A DNA stretch of 63,856 nucleotides, the filler included, from Aduncisulcus paluster (taxonomy: Eukaryota), in the NCBI GenBank assembly GCA_024181965.1. It is 27 parts of 27 records of this genome, joined end to end, with 100 filler letters (N's around TTAATTAATTAA, not from the genome) between each part and the next. Parts side by side here need not be neighbours in the genome. Positions count along the whole stretch, not along the records: positions 59,084 to 60,490 come from BQXS01000230.1; positions 60,591 to 62,684 come from BQXS01000231.1; positions 62,785 to 63,856 come from BQXS01000233.1; 24 more parts are not named here. One strand, 5' to 3'. How positions within the stretch are numbered: position 1 is the first letter of the stretch; each line of letters begins with the position of its first letter. A program made the translations under genes and the position numbers. Below are positions 59,084-63,856 of this stretch, piece by piece. The notes under the pieces were generated by a model. That model saw only the letters and a program-made list of their open reading frames with translations, was not told the DNA's origin and did no database searches.

Positions 59084-60490
59084 CACACATATCCGTCGAC
59101 GTGCTCAACACAGAGCTTGGGATGTTGTGGGCAATGATGAAGAGCGCTTCACAAATGTCAGTCTCGGCAACGATCAGTTGTCCATTGTTCTCAACCTCGT
59201 CCATGCTTGCATACTCCACACAATCCATGGGAATGTCCAATGTGATATAGTTCACGGTCACATTGCCCTTGGCTTCAGTGTACACAACAATCTCCTCCGT
59301 CAGCGCACTGTGGTTGGTAATGTAGATATCATTGATCACACTCTGCGATGGACGATAGATCTTGTTCAGTTGAAGAATGTCGCCGTCAACAAGGGCATGC
59401 CCGAGGAAAGGAATGTACTCACCGATGAAGGCTGTGTGGGCAGAAGTCGTCTCGGTGTCAGTGAAGGAAGAGTTGCTGTTGGCAGCATACACTCGAAGGT
59501 TCTCGAGATCAGAATCACGACTTGTCTTCACAACATGGCCGCTGAACGTGAGAACACCCAAGAAATTGTCTTCATCCATGTCCCACGTGGAGGAAATCTC
59601 GCTGAGAACAATGTCATCGTATCCCATTGCTGTTACAACATATCTCGCAGATCCAGCCATAATAACAGGTTTAGAGAGAGCAATAGAATATTGTGAAAAT
59701 GATACCAGAGAGAATGGAGTTGAATACATGATACTATCGGCAGAACGAGCTCCAATTGTACCGCTGTACCACATTCGTTCATGAACATTATAATTCATAG
59801 TAACGGAAGCTGCTGGTACTTGTGAATATTCCCCATGTGATGATCCAATTGCCATGACAATGACATCATCGGTCACGGCATCAATCAGTGCAGAGTCCAG
59901 TGCGGTCAATGTGTGTGTCTCGGATGAATGTGAACTGATGAGCAACTGATCCTCATCATCATCAAGAGCTTCCTCATGGATCTCCTTATTGATCTGGTAG
60001 TACACGTCCATCGTAAACATATCCTCGGTCGGGGTGGTCAGGAAAGAGGATGTCTTCATGAGCACACTAACCTTGTCGGGATTACAATATCCCTCACGCG
60101 TGGTGTCGTATACAAACTCGGCGAGATCATACACCTCACTCTCGTTCTCATCGTAAATATAGGCAGGAATACTGGTCGAGGATAACGTGGCAGAGTATGC
60201 ATCGAGACAGAGATCGGACGAAGAGGTCGTCGATGAGGAATCGGTGTCAGAACACGTGTTGAGACTAACGAGCTGATGTTGTTGCAGGTCAGACTTAACA
60301 AACACACAGAACATCACAGACCCATTCCCATTGTCACGCCACACATACACCACAGGCATGGCAGCCACAAGGTCCATCGTCTCACTCATGAGCGTGTAAC
60401 GAGTACGCTCGAGCTTGGAGGACAACACGGAACGTTTGGGCAGCGTGGCAATGGAATTGGAGAAGGACAGTGTCGAATCTCCATCGGTTT
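59084..60490 (-). CDS. Hypothetical extracellular-type protein fragment
   Basis: Long open frame spanning the contig. Confidence 0.7.
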
Positions 60491-60590
60491 NNNNNNNNNN
60501 NNNNNNNNNNNNNNNNNNNNNNNNNNNNNNNNNNTTAATTAATTAANNNNNNNNNNNNNNNNNNNNNNNNNNNNNNNNNNNNNNNNNNNN

Positions 60591-61339
60591 CACTGAACGA
60601 CCGATTGAAAAATATGTTAACGGTGAGCTCCATTCATCATGTTCCTGATGATCCCAATTTCCCCGTTTTTCACACATTATACATCCCTTTCTCAAGTAAT
60701 CCAGTGGAAATCCCTTTCTCAAGTAATCCACAAGAAGAAGAAGAAGAAGAAGAAGAAGAAGAAGAAGAAGAAGAAGAAGAAGAAGAAGAAGAAGAGGGAA
60801 GACATACTGGACGAAAAGAAAGAAAGAGAGCCCCTATTTTATCGGGTATCTTCTGTTGTGTATACAATGAATTAATTTCGAAGAAACTACGTTTATCTTT
60901 GTATGATTCAAATCAAAACAAGACAACTAAGACCTTTTCTCTTTGTCCAGCTGCTCAATCAATTACACCCAAGGCCTCTCTAGATGGAGAGAAAGCCCTT
61001 GACGATGCCATGAAAGAATGTACTGTTCCGACAATTTCAGACCATTGTGTTAGAGATCAACACAATCAAATAACATATACGGTTGATGGGCCAACTTTGT
61101 TGACAATTCCTACATTTTCTTCTGATTCCACTTCCCCAATATCATCCTCACCCCGACAGAGTCCCTATCCATCCCATGATACAAATTGGAGTTGTTCCAA
61201 GAGTGATAGTCAAGGAGGAGATGATACATCGAAAAAAATCTATTCAAGAGAAAACACCAAAGGAATAAATAAAAGGAGTTATAAAATACTCATGGTGTGT
61301 AACGGATATAAAAGATCCGAATATATATTAAGAATATAA
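60591..61339 (+). CDS. Hypothetical poly-Glu protein whose 3' end reads into an LTR
   Basis: (GAA)n at about 60734-60793; the last 13 codons come from the LTR starting at 61298. Confidence 0.45.
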
Positions 61340-61391
61340 AATAATATAAGGAATAGAAAAGAATTATATTATTGGAATGAAATTATAAACA
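61298..61391 (+). mobile_element. 94-bp 5' LTR, copy 1
   Basis: TGTAAC...TTATAAACA; identity with copy 2 begins exactly at TG while the upstream flanks differ. Confidence 0.8.
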
Positions 61392-61585
61392 TACAGGCAA
61401 TCAGGGGGTCAAATAACCCTGATTGGCCGAACTCTGAACCCAAACAATAAATTTGGTCCGATTTTAAAACTTTTAGAATTATAGACCCCTCTAGAGTATT
61501 TCAGATAAATTTATCTGCTTATTATTTTCCGTTTATTACTACAATTTCTTAATTTAAAAAAACAAAGCGATCAGGGAATTTTCAA

Positions 61586-61849
61586 ATGGACTTCGCAAGC
61601 GTAGCTAGTGCTAAACAAGCATTAGATACTATTCTAACAAACGTAAGAAACTACTTCTACTCCCAAAAGGAGGGGAAGGCCATTTCGAAAAAATGCCGAG
61701 ATATTGTTAATGAAATTTCGAAACAAATCACAAAAGAAGCTCCAGCTGTGGTGACCATTCTCAGGGACATTCTAAAAATAGATTGGTTCGCTCGAGATCT
61801 GTTTATTAATAAATTGGACCGCATTATAGTTAGTTTGGCCACATTTTGA
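61586..61849 (+). CDS. 87-aa element ORF upstream of gag, copy 1
   Basis: Complete ATG-to-TGA ORF downstream of the leader. Confidence 0.65.
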   Translation: MDFASVASAKQALDTILTNVRNYFYSQKEGKAISKKCRDIVNEISKQITKEAPAVVTILRDILKIDWFARDLFINKLDRIIVSLATF

Positions 61850-61972
61850 TCAAAATCCTATCAAACTAAAGTTTATTGTATAATTGACGCCAAAATTTTT
61901 CTGNNNNNNNNNNNNNNNNNNNNAATATTGTACCAAGTGTGTATGTTCTGTTTCTTTCTTACCTTGTGATTT

Positions 61973-62066
61973 TGTAACGGATATAAAAGATCCGAATATA
62001 TATTAAGAATATAAAATAATATAAGGAATAGAAAAGAATTATATTATTGGAATGAAATTATAAACA
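61973..62066 (+). mobile_element. 94-bp 5' LTR, copy 2
   Basis: Identical to 61298-61391, with a different upstream flank. Confidence 0.8.
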
Positions 62067-62260
62067 TACAGGCAATCAGGGGGTCAAATAACCCTGATTG
62101 GCCGAACTCTGAACCCAAACAATAAATTTGGTCCGATTTTAAAACTTTTAGAATTATAGACCCCTCTAGAGTATTTCAGATAAATTTATCTGCTTATTAT
62201 TTTCCGTTTATTACTACAATTTCTTAATTTAAAAAAACAAAGCGATCAGGGAATTTTCAA

Positions 62261-62524
62261 ATGGACTTCGCAAGCGTAGCTAGTGCTAAACAAGCATTAG
62301 ATACTATTCTAACAAACGTAAGAAACTACTTCTACTCCCAAAAGGAGGGGAAGGCCATTTCGAAAAAATGCCGAGATATTGTTAATGAAATTTCGAAACA
62401 AATCACAAAAGAAGCTCCAGCTGTGGTGACCATTCTCAGGGACATTCTAAAAATAGATTGGTTCGCTCGAGATCTGTTTATTAATAAATTGGACCGCATT
62501 ATAGTTAGTTTGGCCACATTTTGA
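62261..62524 (+). CDS. 87-aa element ORF upstream of gag, copy 2
   Basis: Identical to 61586-61849. Confidence 0.65.
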   Translation: MDFASVASAKQALDTILTNVRNYFYSQKEGKAISKKCRDIVNEISKQITKEAPAVVTILRDILKIDWFARDLFINKLDRIIVSLATF

Positions 62525-62583
62525 TCAAAATCCTATCAAACTAAAGTTTATTGTATAATTGACGCCAAAATTTTTCTGTTAAA

Positions 62584-62684
62584 ATGGTACAAACAAGAAG
62601 CCAATTGAAAAACGCCAATACAGGTGAAAATGATGAAGAATTTGAAATTGTTGGTGATTTACAAACTGAACGCCATGATAGTGA
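62584..62684 (+). mobile_element. Probable gag start (MVQTRSQ...), 3' partial
   Basis: MxxTRS N-terminus is common in Gypsy gag; open to the contig edge. Confidence 0.5.
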
Positions 62685-63142
62685 NNNNNNNNNNNNNNNN
62701 NNNNNNNNNNNNNNNNNNNNNNNNNNNNTTAATTAATTAANNNNNNNNNNNNNNNNNNNNNNNNNNNNNNNNNNNNNNNNNNNNGTGTGACCTATGTTTC
62801 ATGTGGCCCCAAAGAATGCTAAATTATTTGTGGGTACATGTGTACCTTCCGTGGCTCACTTACAAACAAAAAATAGTCACCACGAATAAAAAAACATTAA
62901 ATAAAGCAAAATGTATCTGGTTTTTGCCATTTCGATATTTTTGCTTATAAAAACTCTGGTGTTCTGAGAAATTCAATCAAATTTTACAATATCCCCCACA
63001 ACATCAGAATTTCCATATAAGAACTGGGCAATAAAATAAATTCATAAGACAGTGGATATATATACGATATAATTTACCTAAATTTATAGTACGAACAAAC
63101 GAATGGAGAAAGAATTTAAAAATTCTTAAATTTTGTTACAAA

Positions 63143-63856
63143 ATGGCACGCACCAAACAAACTGGTAAAAAGATTACCGAAAAAACTGCTAAAAAGACCG
63201 TGGCGGATGCTAAGGGCCAGAAGAAGAAGCAGATAGCCGTTCCCCGCCGCGGCGCTTCCTCCCGATCCTCCTCCAGTTCCTCCCGATCCTCCTCCAGTTC
63301 TTCCCGATCCTCCTCCAGTTCTTCCCGATCCTCCTCCAGTTCCTCCCGATCCTCTTCCAGTTCCTCCCGATCCTCCTCTAGTACCTCTTATGGGGGAAAA
63401 GGAAAGGGAAAGAGAAGGATTCTCTCAGCACCACTTGCTCTCTCAGCCACGGACGCCGCGACAGCCGCAGTGGCCGCCCTCCAACGTAGGCCCCGTGACA
63501 TGCCAACTTTCTGGCGAAACCTCGGTATTGTGGCTGATGCCCATGCCGAGGATTTTGAGCTCCCCTCCGCTGACCTTTTCATCTCTCTCGCCGGTGAGAT
63601 GATAGAAATCTCAGCTGACCTCTCCCCATCTCTCTTCTCCAGGGCCCACACTCTGGCTGCCTTTCTTGTGGTTATAACTTCTGTCGCTTCGGAAGACGAG
63701 GTTATCAGTAAGCTGTCCCTGCTCTGTGCCCCATGGATGAGCGGGCAGTTGGCGAGAACTGAATCCTTTGCCATTCTCGTGGATGGGATTCAGTTCTTCT
63801 CCAATTGTTTTGCTCATCCATGGGGAGTTGACCACAGAGATACTCTCCTCCTCGAG
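63143..63856 (+). CDS. Protein with histone-H3-tail-like N-terminus, Ser/Arg repeats and a helical domain (3' partial; missing from the ORF track)
   Basis: Manual translation MARTKQTGKKITEKTAKK...(SSRSSSS)6...YGGKGKGKRR...; no stop before the window end. Confidence 0.85.
   Translation, partial: MARTKQTGKKITEKTAKKTVADAKGQKKKQIAVPRRGASSRSSSSSSRSSSSSSRSSSSSSRSSSSSSRSSSSSSRSSSSTSYGGKGKGKRRILSAPLALSATDAATAAVAALQRRPRDMPTFWRNLGIVADAHAEDFELPSADLFISLAGEMIEISADLSPSLFSRAHTLAAFLVVITSVASEDEVISKLSLLCAPWMSGQLARTESFAILVDGIQFFSNCFAHPWGVDHRDTLLLE
63257..63382 (+). repeat. 21-bp coding tandem repeat, 6 copies
   Basis: TC(C/T)TCCCGATCCTCCTCCAGT units encoding SSRSSSS. Confidence 0.95.

Overview
This window is not one locus. 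It is 27 short contigs joined by an artificial N44-TTAATTAATTAA-N44 linker, plus seven 20-N gaps flanked by duplicated sequence. Most contigs are intron-poor, eukaryotic and protist-like. Their expanded families (divergent kinases, Cys-rich EGF/LRR surface proteins, an 'SIPF...KGAYIC' repeat protein) resemble a fornicate such as Aduncisulcus paluster; this assignment is an inference. One contig (2268-3874) is bacterial (WbqC plus carbamoyltransferase). Recognisable host genes are deoxyhypusine synthase, a truncated GAPDH, CSE1, an ICMT/PEMT-like methyltransferase, a dihydropyrimidinase-like enzyme and a 5'-truncated 5S rRNA. Seven contigs carry pieces of Ty3/Gypsy chromodomain LTR retrotransposons. 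The main finding is that two elements carry a remodelled tRNA-like Pol III cassette just before the polypurine tract; both have A/B boxes and a T-terminator but an unpaired acceptor stem. In one element (23.9-24.3 kb) the 3' half of that RNA is complementary to the element's own leader at the primer-binding-site position, suggesting a retrotransposon that encodes its own primer. Other highlights are a non-histone protein with a histone-H3-tail-like N-terminus (MARTKQTGKK) and MEF2-like CTATTTTTAG doublets at an exact 15-bp spacing.
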